Under the pieces are notes generated by a model. That model was given only the letters and a program-made list of their open reading frames with translations. It was not told where the DNA came from and searched no databases. From Ostreococcus lucimarinus (Eukaryota), in NCBI GenBank assembly GCA_000092065.1, contig CP000596.1: 64,000 nt of DNA; one strand, written 5' to 3'. Below, one piece after another: positions 7,277 through 16,999 of this stretch. The translations under genes were made by a program, and so were the position numbers. Each line of letters begins with the position of its first letter. Positions within the stretch are counted from its first letter, which is position 1.

Positions 7277-9190
7277 TCACGCCGCCGTCGGCGTCGACGA
7301 CGTCGACGCCGCGGTGAGCGCGGCTTCGACTTGCTCGCGAAGTTCTGCTGCCTCTTCGGCGCTGCGACCGTACTTAACCTTCATCTGCCAGGTGATGGCT
7401 TTGCCGCACCGCTCGACGCTCTCGCCCTGATCCCAGAGCTGCATCGCTCGGGCGACTGCTTTCTTTTGCGCCTCGAAGAGCTCCGGATCCGTCGGATTGG
7501 CGTCGGCCTCGACCTGCGCTTCAGTGTAACGAGTGCAAATGTCGTGACTGTACGCGGCGACGGTGGACGAAATACCTGTTGGATCGAACAGCGCCGCGAC
7601 TTCGGCGGCGGCTCTGATGCCGTCAGCCTCCGTCTCGACGGACATCATGTCCTCGATGCCCCCGGCGATGCCGTCGGCCGTGCTGACGACCTGATCGATG
7701 TTGTCGTAGGCGTCCTTCAGCTCTTCCGCAGTTTTCTTAACCGCTTTCGCGGTGTCACCGATCTTGTCAGCGGCTTTGGCGCATTTCGTCGCGGTTTTGA
7801 CTCCGATCTTAGCCCCCGTCGTCGCGCCAGAGCTCGCACCGAGCGTGGCGAAGAAGGCAACCATCTCGAGCGGGCCCATGATCTGGTCGGTAACGACCAG
7901 CGCGCACGTGGCGTCGTCGGCGGCGGCACCCATGCCGCATTCGACCCATCGATTAGCGTTCACTGTAGGAGGTTCGCCCCAGCAGACGAACGCCGCGCCG
8001 ACGAATCCCTCTTTGCAAGGCTCGTAGCAGAGGCCGGCGTCGTACTCGTAGCCGGGGGGACAGGTCGCCGGCTCCATGCCTGGGGAGAGGTGAGTGTGTT
8101 TCGTGCAGCTCGGGGCGATGCCGCCCTCGTAACCTTGATCCTGGCAGTCCATCGTGCAAATATTTGATCCAAAGTTGCTGTATCCGCTCCTGCACTTGTC
8201 GTAGCACAGACCGAGGTAGTCCTCCTTGCCTTTTTTAGTGCAAAGATCTCCGCCACACCGCACACTGAACGTGGACCAGCTCCATTCGCACTCGATGGTA
8301 CCGACGCCGCGACCGTAACTCGCGTCGGGGTTGGAACATAACAATCCGTGGTCGTCCCAACCGCTCGAGCACGACTGATGACAGTCGTAGCCAAAGCGAT
8401 AATAACCAGCGCCGAAGTTTGAGCACTTGTCGTAGCAATACAAACCACCGGCGATGATTTCTTTTTTGCCATCGTCGCCGCAGTACTGCGGAATGATGCC
8501 GTCGCGCGTGTACGATTCGCGCCAGCAAAATCCCGAGCCTTCGTCGACTTCTTGGGCGTACTCGCCGATGATCTCGCTCGACCAACTAGTGACGGTGCCC
8601 GCGTGTTCGACCACGTTTCCTACCCAGCCGAAATTGAGTCCGAGCGCGGCCGTGTCGTTCGACGCTTTACGGCGTTTGTCGATTTTCTTACGCTTTCGCG
8701 CCGTCTCCTTCTCCCGGTCGCGCGCCTCCGCGACGCGCCTCTCGAGCGCCGCCTGAACCATCGATTCCTTCGACGCGCACGTGCCATTCGTCGCGACGGC
8801 CCTCTCCGCCGCGGTGAGATCGGACAACTCAAAGGTCGACTTTCGCAGCGCGCGCTCCGCCTCCGCTTCGACGTCCGCAGCCTTCGCCGTCATGACGGCG
8901 ATCGTCTCGTTGAGCATCGCCTCTCGCTGCCTCGCGTTCACGGCGGCGCCCAATCGCGCGCGAGGCGTCGGCGTCGGCGTCGGCGTCGCGTCGACCGCGC
9001 GCGCGACGCGCGGCGTCGTTCGCGTCGTCGGAATCGTCGTCGTCGTCGTCGTCCCGCGTCGACCCGCGAGCGCGACGACCGCGCACGCCGCGACGCCGAG
9101 CGCGACGACCGTCGTCGTCCCGGCGTCGACCGCGCGTCGGTCCCGTCGCGATCGTCGCAACAGCGGATCGCGCTCGCCCGGCTTCGACAT
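7277..9190 (-). CDS. Type II membrane protein. Layout: N-terminal TM, Thr/Pro-rich stalk, coiled coil, then Cys-rich repeats (GLYCYDKC / GLCYDKC / GLCYEPC).
   Basis: Track ORF 7277..9277 starts at GTG. The first ATG is at 9190 (MSKPGERD...). Hydrophobic segment TTTVVALGVAACAVVALAG. Repeated C-Y-[DE]-[KP]-C units. Family not recognised. Confidence 0.6.
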   Translation of the reverse strand: MSKPGERDPLLRRSRRDRRAVDAGTTTVVALGVAACAVVALAGRRGTTTTTTIPTTRTTPRVARAVDATPTPTPTPRARLGAAVNARQREAMLNETIAVMTAKAADVEAEAERALRKSTFELSDLTAAERAVATNGTCASKESMVQAALERRVAEARDREKETARKRKKIDKRRKASNDTAALGLNFGWVGNVVEHAGTVTSWSSEIIGEYAQEVDEGSGFCWRESYTRDGIIPQYCGDDGKKEIIAGGLYCYDKCSNFGAGYYRFGYDCHQSCSSGWDDHGLLCSNPDASYGRGVGTIECEWSWSTFSVRCGGDLCTKKGKEDYLGLCYDKCRSGYSNFGSNICTMDCQDQGYEGGIAPSCTKHTHLSPGMEPATCPPGYEYDAGLCYEPCKEGFVGAAFVCWGEPPTVNANRWVECGMGAAADDATCALVVTDQIMGPLEMVAFFATLGASSGATTGAKIGVKTATKCAKAADKIGDTAKAVKKTAEELKDAYDNIDQVVSTADGIAGGIEDMMSVETEADGIRAAAEVAALFDPTGISSTVAAYSHDICTRYTEAQVEADANPTDPELFEAQKKAVARAMQLWDQGESVERCGKAITWQMKVKYGRSAEEAAELREQVEAALTAASTSSTPTAA

Positions 9191-9397
9191 CGCGACGGAC
9201 GGCGTCGCGGGGTGGCGATCCGCGTCACCAGGCGGTCGGGCGGCCAACGGCCGCAGGCTGGACAAAACGCGCGCCACGTTTGTAAGCTCATGGGTCTAAA
9301 TGGTACTAAATACACAGAAAACAAAACGAGGTTGCACACTCGATGCACTCGATGAATGAAATGAATGAACTAGATGAACGCGAAACGATTCACTCAT

Positions 9398-10327
9398 TCA
9401 TTCGCCCCCGACCGCGTCGAAATCGAAATCTACGCCGACGCGCTCGCACGCTCGTCTGAAGTCGTCCGGCACCGGCGCGACGATCCGGGGCACGCCGGCG
9501 AAATCTTTCGCCGGGAAGCGAAGCGTCCACGCGTGCAGCGCGTGCCTGTCGACGACGTCGGCGTCGAGGCAGCCGTACGCGGCGTCGCCGACGATCGGTA
9601 GACCGATCGCGGCCAAGTGGACGCGAATCTGATGCGTGCGTCCGGTCTTCGGGCGACACCGCACGAGGGCGTGTCGGCGATTTCGAGCCACAATCGTCCA
9701 CTCCGTCGACGCCGGTTTGCCGTCGGCGGAGGACGTCTCGACGAAGAACCTCGCGCCGTCGTCGCGCTTCGCCAACGCGAGATCTATCGTCCCGGACGAC
9801 GCTCCGCCTCCCGAAACATCAAATTCATCGCACCGACACAGCGCCAAGTACGTCTTCTCGACCTCGCGACGCTCGAACGCGCCTTGCGCGCGCGCCGCCG
9901 CCTTTGCGTTTTTGCACACCACGAGCGCGCCCGACGTCTCTAAATCCAATCTATGCGCCACGTACGGCACCAAACTCGCCCCGAGCACGACGTTCGACGC
10001 CAACGCGCCGTCGTGCGCGTCGACGAGTCGTCGCCGCCACCGCGCGACGACGAGCGACGCCGCGCTCGAATCCGCCACGCGCGACTCGGGCGTCGACGCC
10101 GTTCCCGCGCGTTTATTCACGCACGTCATCTCCTCGTCCTCGTGCAGTATCTCCAGCGCCTCCACGTCCTCCGTCTCGCACGCCAATCCCATCGGCGTCG
10201 CCTCGACCTCGCGTCGTATCGTTCGCGCGACGCTTTCGGCGTCGACGCGACCGACGCGTCTCGCCACCTCGCTCGCGCGCGTCGTCGCCCCCCGCGCGCC
10301 TCGCGCCCACCCGAACCGCCACGCCAT
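9398..10327 (-). CDS. RluA-family pseudouridine synthase
   Basis: Motifs HRLDLETSGALVVCKNAKAA and GRTHQIRVHLAAIGLPIVGDAAYG. The 5' part of the track ORF is antisense to the neighbouring gene. The ATG at 10327 was chosen; the exact start is uncertain. Confidence 0.65.
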   Translation of the reverse strand: MAWRFGWARGARGATTRASEVARRVGRVDAESVARTIRREVEATPMGLACETEDVEALEILHEDEEMTCVNKRAGTASTPESRVADSSAASLVVARWRRRLVDAHDGALASNVVLGASLVPYVAHRLDLETSGALVVCKNAKAAARAQGAFERREVEKTYLALCRCDEFDVSGGGASSGTIDLALAKRDDGARFFVETSSADGKPASTEWTIVARNRRHALVRCRPKTGRTHQIRVHLAAIGLPIVGDAAYGCLDADVVDRHALHAWTLRFPAKDFAGVPRIVAPVPDDFRRACERVGVDFDFDAVGGE

Positions 10328-10626
10328 GATCTCGTGCGCTCGAGATCGTTCACCGTGCCTGCGAACGACGCTCGCGCGCAGGATATCGCGCTCGCGCGCC
10401 GCGAACGCGTCGCCGCGCAGCGCGTCCGGCGCGCACAGACTCAGGTGTCGCGTCTTCGCATTCTCCAGCCCGCAGCACGGACACCGCGGTCGCGGCGCGG
10501 CGTCGCGTCGGCGCGTCGCGTCGGCGCGCGTCGTTTCTCGTCGCGCGTCGCGCCGGCGCGGTCGCGTCGCCGCGATCGTCGCGCGACGCGCCGCCATCCG
10601 ACGGCGCGTCACTTTTTGACGCATTC

Positions 10627-12001
10627 GATGTCGCAGCGGACGTCGTGCGCGCGCGACGCGCCGGTGAAGCGCGGCGCGCGCCATCGGTGCGCCGCGGCGC
10701 ACCAAACGAAACGCCTCGCGCGGCGCGCGGCGCCGGCGCCGCTGTTCCAGCCGGGATCCGTCGTCGCGCGGTTCGTGGACGCGGCGAAAAATCAAATCGA
10801 TTGGGACCGCGCGGTCGAGTGGGCGAACGGCGCGACGGACGGCGACGGCGACGCGATCGCGAGCAATCCAGCGATCGGGTTGATTCTGGGCGAGGTGAGG
10901 ACGTGCGGCGCGGACGCGGCGGCGCTGCGAGGGACGCGGTCGGGGAGGTACAAGGAGTACGCGCTGCAGCGGACGCTCGGGATGAAGGCGGTGCTGACGC
11001 GAGCGACGACGGAGGCGGGAGTGCTGGACGCGAAGACGCGGTGCGCGATCGGACGAAAGCTGGCGGATCCGTCGAGCGGGGCGTCGCTGTTTCACGCGTA
11101 CGCGAAAAACGCGGACGCGGCGATGGACGCGTTCGTGAGGGGGGTGGAGGAGGATTTGAGAGAAATCGCGGACGGCGACGAGGCGGCGTTGGATTTGGCG
11201 AGAACGAAGAATTTTTACGGCGAACGCGTGACGGAGAGACACTTCGCGTTCGTGAACGAACAACTCGCGAACGCGCTCGCGAAGGCGGACGAATCGCGCG
11301 GGTCGGCGGCGCAAAAAGTGAAGGTGGTTCCGGTGTTGGTGCCGAACACGGACGCGACCGAGGACGAGGAAGAGGACGACGAAAACGCCGACTTCATGTT
11401 TGGTAAAAAGTCAAAAAAGAAGAAGAAGAAGGCCGCCGCCAACGTTTCTGCGGCGAGCGTGGCGTCCATCGCGAGCGAGGTGTCCGCGTCTTCCACGTCG
11501 TTCGTGGACGCGTTGACGAAGATGGTCGCCTCGAAGATGGGTTCGACGAAGGAGCCGGCGTTCCCGGAGATCGAATCGTGGGGTCAAACGACCTCGGCCG
11601 AGGCCTCGGGCGCGGTCGTCGCGCTTCTCGCCGGCGCCCCGAGCGGATCGGTGGTTATTTTACCCAGCGAATTAATGCTTCGAACGCTCACGTTCGACGT
11701 CCCCGCGGGCGACGCCGTAAACTCAAACGGCGCTCGCGCTTTTTGCGTCGATTCGATTCCAGACGACGTCGACGCCGAGTGCGCGCTTTGGGTGTCCTTC
11801 GACCCTAACGACGCCACCGAAGGCGCGTGGCGAGATCCCAAATTCAAGCGCGCGTTCAAAGCGCTCGCGAAAGTTCCCGTCGTCGTCGCGCTCTTATCCC
11901 GCGTCCCGGATGTGCCGAGCGCCGACGAGCTCGTCGCCGCCGCCGCCGCCGCGAGTTCGCGCGCGCACGAACGCTTAAACGCGATCGAGGATGAAGAGTA
12001 A
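10627..12001 (+). CDS. Hypothetical protein with an internal poly-Lys tract (KKSKKKKKK)
   Basis: The first ATG that clears the opposite-strand RluA gene is at 10627 (MSQRTSCARD...). 458 aa. No recognised domain. Confidence 0.5.
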
Positions 12002-12385
12002 TTGATTATTTATAGACATCTCACTTATAGCCCGAGACGTCACACCGCGACGCGTCGCCGCGAACCGAGCCGGCGAAGGCGAATGTTCCCACCCATCGCC
12101 ACCGCGTGCGTCGCCACCGCCGCGCTCGTACACGTCATCCACGACGTGAACGATCGTCGAAGGCGCGCGAAGCGCGAGAGAGAGCCGGTGCGTCGTCGAT
12201 TTTCCGCGTCCGCGACGACGAATGCGTGAATGAATGATTCAAAATAATCAATCATCTTCGACGCGCGCGCGAGACGCGCGACGCGAGCGACGCGCGACGC
12301 GAACGACTGACGACGATCGCGCGATGCCGCTTCGTTCGCCGCGAAGCGCCCGGCGCCGAGATACGCGGGAAAACCGACGCTGTCG

Positions 12386-13117
12386 GTGTCGCTCACGACG
12401 GCGACGCCTCGGGCGGCGTACTGCGGCTGTTGCGAACCGACGGACAGCGCGCCCGAAGCCTCCGCGGACGGCGCGTGGACGTCGCCGCCGAAGACACCGC
12501 TCGCGGCAAAAAAGCCGGACCCGTTCAACGCGTCGGCGCGACCGCGGTATCTGTCTTGGGATGATTATTTCATGTCGGTGGCGTTTCTGAGCGCGCAGCG
12601 GTCGAAGGATCCGAATAAACAAGTCGGCGCGTGCATCGTGGGGAAGGATAAGCTGATCTTAGGCGTGGGGTATAACGGATTTCCTCGCGGATGCCCCGAT
12701 AACGCGCTGCCGTGGAGTAAAAAGAGCGCGAACGACGATCCGTTGGAGACCAAGTACGCGTACGTGTGCCACGCGGAGATGAACGCGATTATGAACAAGA
12801 ACTCCGCCTCCGTCGCCGGTGGATCGCTGTTCGTGACGATGTATCCGTGCAACGAATGCGCGAAATTGGTGATCCAGGCTGGGATCAAGGAGGTGGTGTA
12901 CTACGAAGGGAAAATCAGTGGGACGAGGGAGACGCCGACGACGCCGGGCGACGCGCGCGTGGCCAAGCGCGACGACCCGATTTACGCCGCCGCGAATAGA
13001 CTTTTAAATCTCGCGGGCGTGCGCGTGCGTCAGCATCGACCCGAAATCGCGCTCGAGGTGACGTACTTGGAGCACGAGGACGCGGATTACGGTCAATCCG
13101 CGGACGCGTCGGCGTGA
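12386..13117 (+). CDS. dCMP (deoxycytidylate) deaminase. The N-terminal boundary is unresolved.
   Basis: HAEMNAI and [19 protein letters not shown] zinc-binding motifs. [23 protein letters not shown] matches the animal DCTD N-terminus. 12386 is a GTG codon. The first in-frame ATG is 12572. Confidence 0.75.
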   Translation: MSLTTATPRAAYCGCCEPTDSAPEASADGAWTSPPKTPLAAKKPDPFNASARPRYLSWDDYFMSVAFLSAQRSKDPNKQVGACIVGKDKLILGVGYNGFPRGCPDNALPWSKKSANDDPLETKYAYVCHAEMNAIMNKNSASVAGGSLFVTMYPCNECAKLVIQAGIKEVVYYEGKISGTRETPTTPGDARVAKRDDPIYAAANRLLNLAGVRVRQHRPEIALEVTYLEHEDADYGQSADASA

Positions 13118-13242
13118 CGAATAGGCGAGAGGTGGGTTGTAATTGTATAGCTGTGGCGATTTATATTGAAAGAAACGCCGCGATGGTGTCAACGTGAAAT
13201 TCGATGAGTCGCGCATAGTACGAATCAAACGACGACGACGAC

Positions 13243-13650
13243 TTAATCTCTACCCTCCTCGCGGCTCTTCGCGGCGGAGATTTCTTCGACTTCTTCCCAG
13301 GCAGCCGGGCAGTCGTCGGTGCACTGCTTCGCCGCCGCGATGGCGGCTTCCAACGCCGCCTCCATCTTTTGCATGCGCGCCGTGTTCACCTTCTTCGTGA
13401 CTTCCTTCATGCCCGCGGCCGCGGCTTCGATTTCCTTCAACGTCTTCGCATCGACTTGACCCGCCGCGCGCGCCGCGGAGATCGTCTTCTTCGTCGATTC
13501 GATGAACGCCTTGTCCGCCGCCGAGATTTCGACCTCCTTCATGGAGTCTTGTCCCTTGTCCTTGGACGCCGCGCTCAATTCCTCGACGTCGTCCCAAGCG
13601 ACCGCGCAATCATCGACGCACTCCTCCGCCGCCTTCAGCGCCGCTTCCAA
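13243..13650 (-). CDS. CP12-like protein with a tandemly duplicated AWD-VEEL core
   Basis: Two units: CVDDCAVAWDDVEELSAA and CTDDCPAAWEEVEEISAA. 13650 is a TTG codon, and the first ATG is at 13542, so the true start is uncertain. Confidence 0.5.
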   Translation of the reverse strand: MEAALKAAEECVDDCAVAWDDVEELSAASKDKGQDSMKEVEISAADKAFIESTKKTISAARAAGQVDAKTLKEIEAAAAGMKEVTKKVNTARMQKMEAALEAAIAAAKQCTDDCPAAWEEVEEISAAKSREEGRD

Positions 13651-13743
13651 TCGTTCGCTCGCGTCCGTCGCTCTCGCGACGACGCCGGCTCTTCCCGCGC
13701 GTCTCGTCGTCGTCTGTCGTCCGCGTCGCTCGCCTCGTCAGTC

Positions 13744-13768
13744 GTCCCGTCCCGTCCCGTCCCGTCCC
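13744..13768. repeat. (GTCCC)5 microsatellite
   Basis: gtcccgtcccgtcccgtcccgtccc, seen directly. Confidence 0.7.
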
Positions 13769-13871
13769 TCGTCGTCGCGTCGATCGCCGACGACCCCTCG
13801 CCTGCGTCGCTCGGTGCCTCCGTCGCGTCTTCCGGCGCGTCGCGTCCATCGCCGTCGTCGTCCGCGCGCGC

Positions 13872-13909
13872 GATCGATCGATCGATCGATCGATCGCTCG
13901 ATCGATCGA
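13872..13909. repeat. (GATC)n microsatellite
   Basis: gatcgatcgatcgatcgatcgatcgctcgatcgatcg, seen directly. Confidence 0.7.
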
Positions 13910-14268
13910 GCTTATCCTAGATCGCGTTCGCGCGCGCGAATGCGCCGCGTCTCGCGCGCGTCGCGTCGCGGTTCGAGCGGTTCGCGCGGTCGCGTCGCGG
14001 TCGTCGTCGTCGCACCTTGCGCGAGAATCGCGTCGACGCGGGGCGCGCGATCGCGGCGGTCGTCGTCGTCGGCGTCGCGAGCATGGCGGGCGCGGTGTGC
14101 GGGGGCGGGCGCGGCGCGGCGCGTTTACGGCGACGTGGGGGGTGTGTTGATGGTGGTTTCGAGTGTTCGAATATGGGCGCGTGGGGTTAGGGTTTTGAGT
14201 GGCGCGCGGTCGATCGGTCGGTCGGTCGGTCGTCTACGATTCGTGAAGTGGGTGTCTACTGGTCGCGT

Positions 14269-16602
14269 CTACGCCTGGCGGTCGATCATGTACGTCACGG
14301 CGGTGACGACGTCGGCGGCGCGCTTGACGACGGTCTTCTCCATCTCGCTGGCGTACGGCACGGGGGCGTCCTCCATGCACAGACGCATCACGGGGGCGTC
14401 GAGCTCGTCGAAGAGGTTTTCGCCGACGAAGGCGCTCACGGTGGCGCCGACGCCGCCGGTGCGCGTGGATTCGTCGAGGATGACGAGCTTGTGCGTGCGC
14501 TGAAGACTGGTTTGGATGGTTTTCCAATCCACGGGCTTCATGCACGTGAGCTCGATGAAGTCGGCGTCGATGCCCTTGGTGTTGAGCTCCGCGATGGCTT
14601 CCTCGGTTTCCTTGACGCCGTGGAGGTAGGTGACGATGGTGACGGCTTTGTCGTTCTTGACGGATTCGTCGCTCGCCAAGTGGTGAACGGTGGACTTGTG
14701 GAGCGGGAGGAAAGAATCTGGCGTCACCGGTCCGCGAGATTTCATCATCTTCACCGGAAGCAACAGCACGCCCGGGCCGTTGTCGCGAATCATAGACTTG
14801 GCCAAGCCGTACGCCTCTTGAGGCTTGGACGCCGAGCAAATCTTCAAGCCGGGAATGCCCATGATGTACGCGTGGAACGGTTGCGAGTGTTCGGCGCCGA
14901 GAGATTGGTTCGGGGCGGTACCACCGGCACCGATGACGGTCATGGGCATTTGAAATTGCCCTCCAGTCGTCGCGTACGTGTTCCCGGCGGACGAGAGCTC
15001 AGCCATGCCGTAAATACCAAAGTTGGCATTCATGAGCTCGACGATGGGGCGGTAGCCGTTCATGGCCTCGCCCAAAGCCTTGCCCATGAAGTGACCTTCG
15101 TCAATGATTTCATCCGCCGCGCGAAGCGTGCCGAAGGCTTGCTGCGTGTTGGCTGGAATGTTGTAAGAAGAACCCGCTTGGAGATCTTCAGCGTGCGCCA
15201 CGCACGTCGGGTCGCGCAACATTTCTTCAAGAATGGCGAGGTTGACGGCGTCACCGATGGAGATCCCGCGCGGATCCAAGCACATCGCGCGAAGAGCTTC
15301 GATGCGTGCCTTGAGCGCGGCGAGCGTCTCCGCAGGCACGATTTTCTCCGTCACAGCCTCCGCCGAGGCGAGACCTTCGACGGGTTCGCGCGCGGCGTAG
15401 TCGACTTTGCCGCTCGGATCGGGGTACTCGAGCTCGGCAGCCAAGTTGGCGGGCGGCGGCGGAGAAGCATCGGCGAACGCCAAAGCGCGCTGAACTTCTT
15501 CCTTAGCCTTGGCAGTCTGTGCCCCGAGGTCGATGCGCTTGGCGTCGGCAGACTCTTCGAAAATCTTAATCGGGTCGCACTCGGCGCGCGCCCAACGCTT
15601 TTCATCCTTGCGGTTGCGCTCGTGCTCCGGATCAGCCGGAGAGTGCCCGTTGAATCGGAAAGTGTGCACTTGCAAGATCGCCGGACCTTTCGTGCGCACG
15701 TGCTTGATCGCTGCGCGACCGACGCGCAAGACATCTTGCACGTTTTGACCATCGACGAGCACGCCCGGAACGCCGTAGTGCTTGCCTTGGTTGAAAACCT
15801 CTTGGTTCGTCGCGACATCCTTGGTGAAGGTGTTGATCGCGCGACCGTTATCGATCACCAAGAAAAGAATCGGCAAGTTCTCCTTCGCCGCCGCGTTCAA
15901 GCACTCCGCCATGCGCCCGTTTTGGGCGCCACCTTCGCCGACGAAGACGACGGTGACGCGGTCGTGCGCGTCATCGCGCCCGAGCATCTTGTCGAGAACG
16001 ATGGATCGCGCCGCACCGACCGCGTACGGCAATTGCTCCGCGACGAGCGCCCATCCACCTTGAAAGTTCGTATCCATGTCGTACACGTGCATCGACCCCC
16101 CGGTACCTCGGCACGTGCCACCGTCCTTACCGAACAACTCCGCCATGACGGCGCCGCTATCCACGCCGCACGCCAAGGCGTGGCAATGGTCGCGGTAGTA
16201 GGAGTGCTTCAAATCATCCTTACGGATCGCGTCTGCCAGGAGCGCCGGAATCGACTCTTGACCGTTGTCAAGGTGCATGAAACCGCGAATCTTACCCGCC
16301 ATGTACGCTTGGTTGCACTCGTTTTCAAAGTCCCGGCACAACTGCATCGTGTAATACGCCTTATTCAAATCCTCATCACTCAAGTCCTCGCATCGCTTCA
16401 ACTCCTCGTCCGTCGCCCCAAACTCTTCCTTCAACACTTGCTTCGCCTTATCCCACGGCGTCTCGATGCGAAACCGCTCCAAATTCGCCGGCGGTCCCTT
16501 CGTCTTCGTCGCTCCCGCGCGCGCCGCCGTCCCTCGTCTCGCCGTCTTCGCGCCTCGCGCGACGTGCGCGCTCGTCGCGGTCGCCCGCATCACTCCTTGC
16601 AT
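14269..16602 (-). CDS. Pyruvate-dehydrogenase-type 2-oxoacid dehydrogenase E1 with alpha and beta subunits fused in one polypeptide, plus an N-terminal targeting-like sequence
   Basis: 777 aa. The N-terminal half is E1-alpha: TPP motif GGWALVAEQLPYAVGAA..VVFVGEGGAQNGR and FRFNGHSPADPEHER. The C-terminal half is E1-beta: MTVIGAGGTAPNQSLGAEHSQPFHAYIMGIPGLK with a transketolase-C-like tail. ATG at 16602..16600. The 887-aa plus-strand ORF opposite is antisense noise. Confidence 0.85.
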   Translation of the reverse strand: MQGVMRATATSAHVARGAKTARRGTAARAGATKTKGPPANLERFRIETPWDKAKQVLKEEFGATDEELKRCEDLSDEDLNKAYYTMQLCRDFENECNQAYMAGKIRGFMHLDNGQESIPALLADAIRKDDLKHSYYRDHCHALACGVDSGAVMAELFGKDGGTCRGTGGSMHVYDMDTNFQGGWALVAEQLPYAVGAARSIVLDKMLGRDDAHDRVTVVFVGEGGAQNGRMAECLNAAAKENLPILFLVIDNGRAINTFTKDVATNQEVFNQGKHYGVPGVLVDGQNVQDVLRVGRAAIKHVRTKGPAILQVHTFRFNGHSPADPEHERNRKDEKRWARAECDPIKIFEESADAKRIDLGAQTAKAKEEVQRALAFADASPPPPANLAAELEYPDPSGKVDYAAREPVEGLASAEAVTEKIVPAETLAALKARIEALRAMCLDPRGISIGDAVNLAILEEMLRDPTCVAHAEDLQAGSSYNIPANTQQAFGTLRAADEIIDEGHFMGKALGEAMNGYRPIVELMNANFGIYGMAELSSAGNTYATTGGQFQMPMTVIGAGGTAPNQSLGAEHSQPFHAYIMGIPGLKICSASKPQEAYGLAKSMIRDNGPGVLLLPVKMMKSRGPVTPDSFLPLHKSTVHHLASDESVKNDKAVTIVTYLHGVKETEEAIAELNTKGIDADFIELTCMKPVDWKTIQTSLQRTHKLVILDESTRTGGVGATVSAFVGENLFDELDAPVMRLCMEDAPVPYASEMEKTVVKRAADVVTAVTYMIDRQA

Positions 16603-16999
16603 CGTTTGAGGTTTCCTTCGAGTTCTCGCGCGCTCGTTTCCTGCGTTCGCGCGTCGATCGCTCGTCAGTCGACGGATAACGCGCGCAAGATTGTCCCCGC
16701 CGCGATCGAGATTCGCGTCGCGCGCGCGCGCCGCGCGCGTCGCGGCGCCGCGCCGACCGCGGCGTCGGCGCGAGCGCTCGATTCGCGCGCGTTCGCGTCG
16801 ACCGTTCGCGTCGAGAGTCGCGCGTCGCGCGCACCGAGACGACGAGAAGTGCCGCGCGCGCCGCGGAATGCGAGGTTTCCGCGAGTCAAAGTCCCCGTCG
16901 CTGAGTCCTGACTCGTCGATTGGACGGACGGGATAAAAAGCGGCTCGAAAAGCGCTCGCGGGACGCGCGACGACGCCCGCGCGACGGACAACACGATTT

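Noticed and set aside
9953-10626. N-terminal 225 aa of track ORF 9953..12001
   Set aside because: It overlaps the RluA gene on the other strand and is Arg-rich junk. The real gene starts at ATG 10627.
14248-16911. 887-aa plus-strand ORF, the longest ORF in this region
   Set aside because: It is antisense to the PDH-type E1 alpha-beta gene. The sequence is R/G/V/L low complexity typical of GC-rich reverse frames, with no domain.
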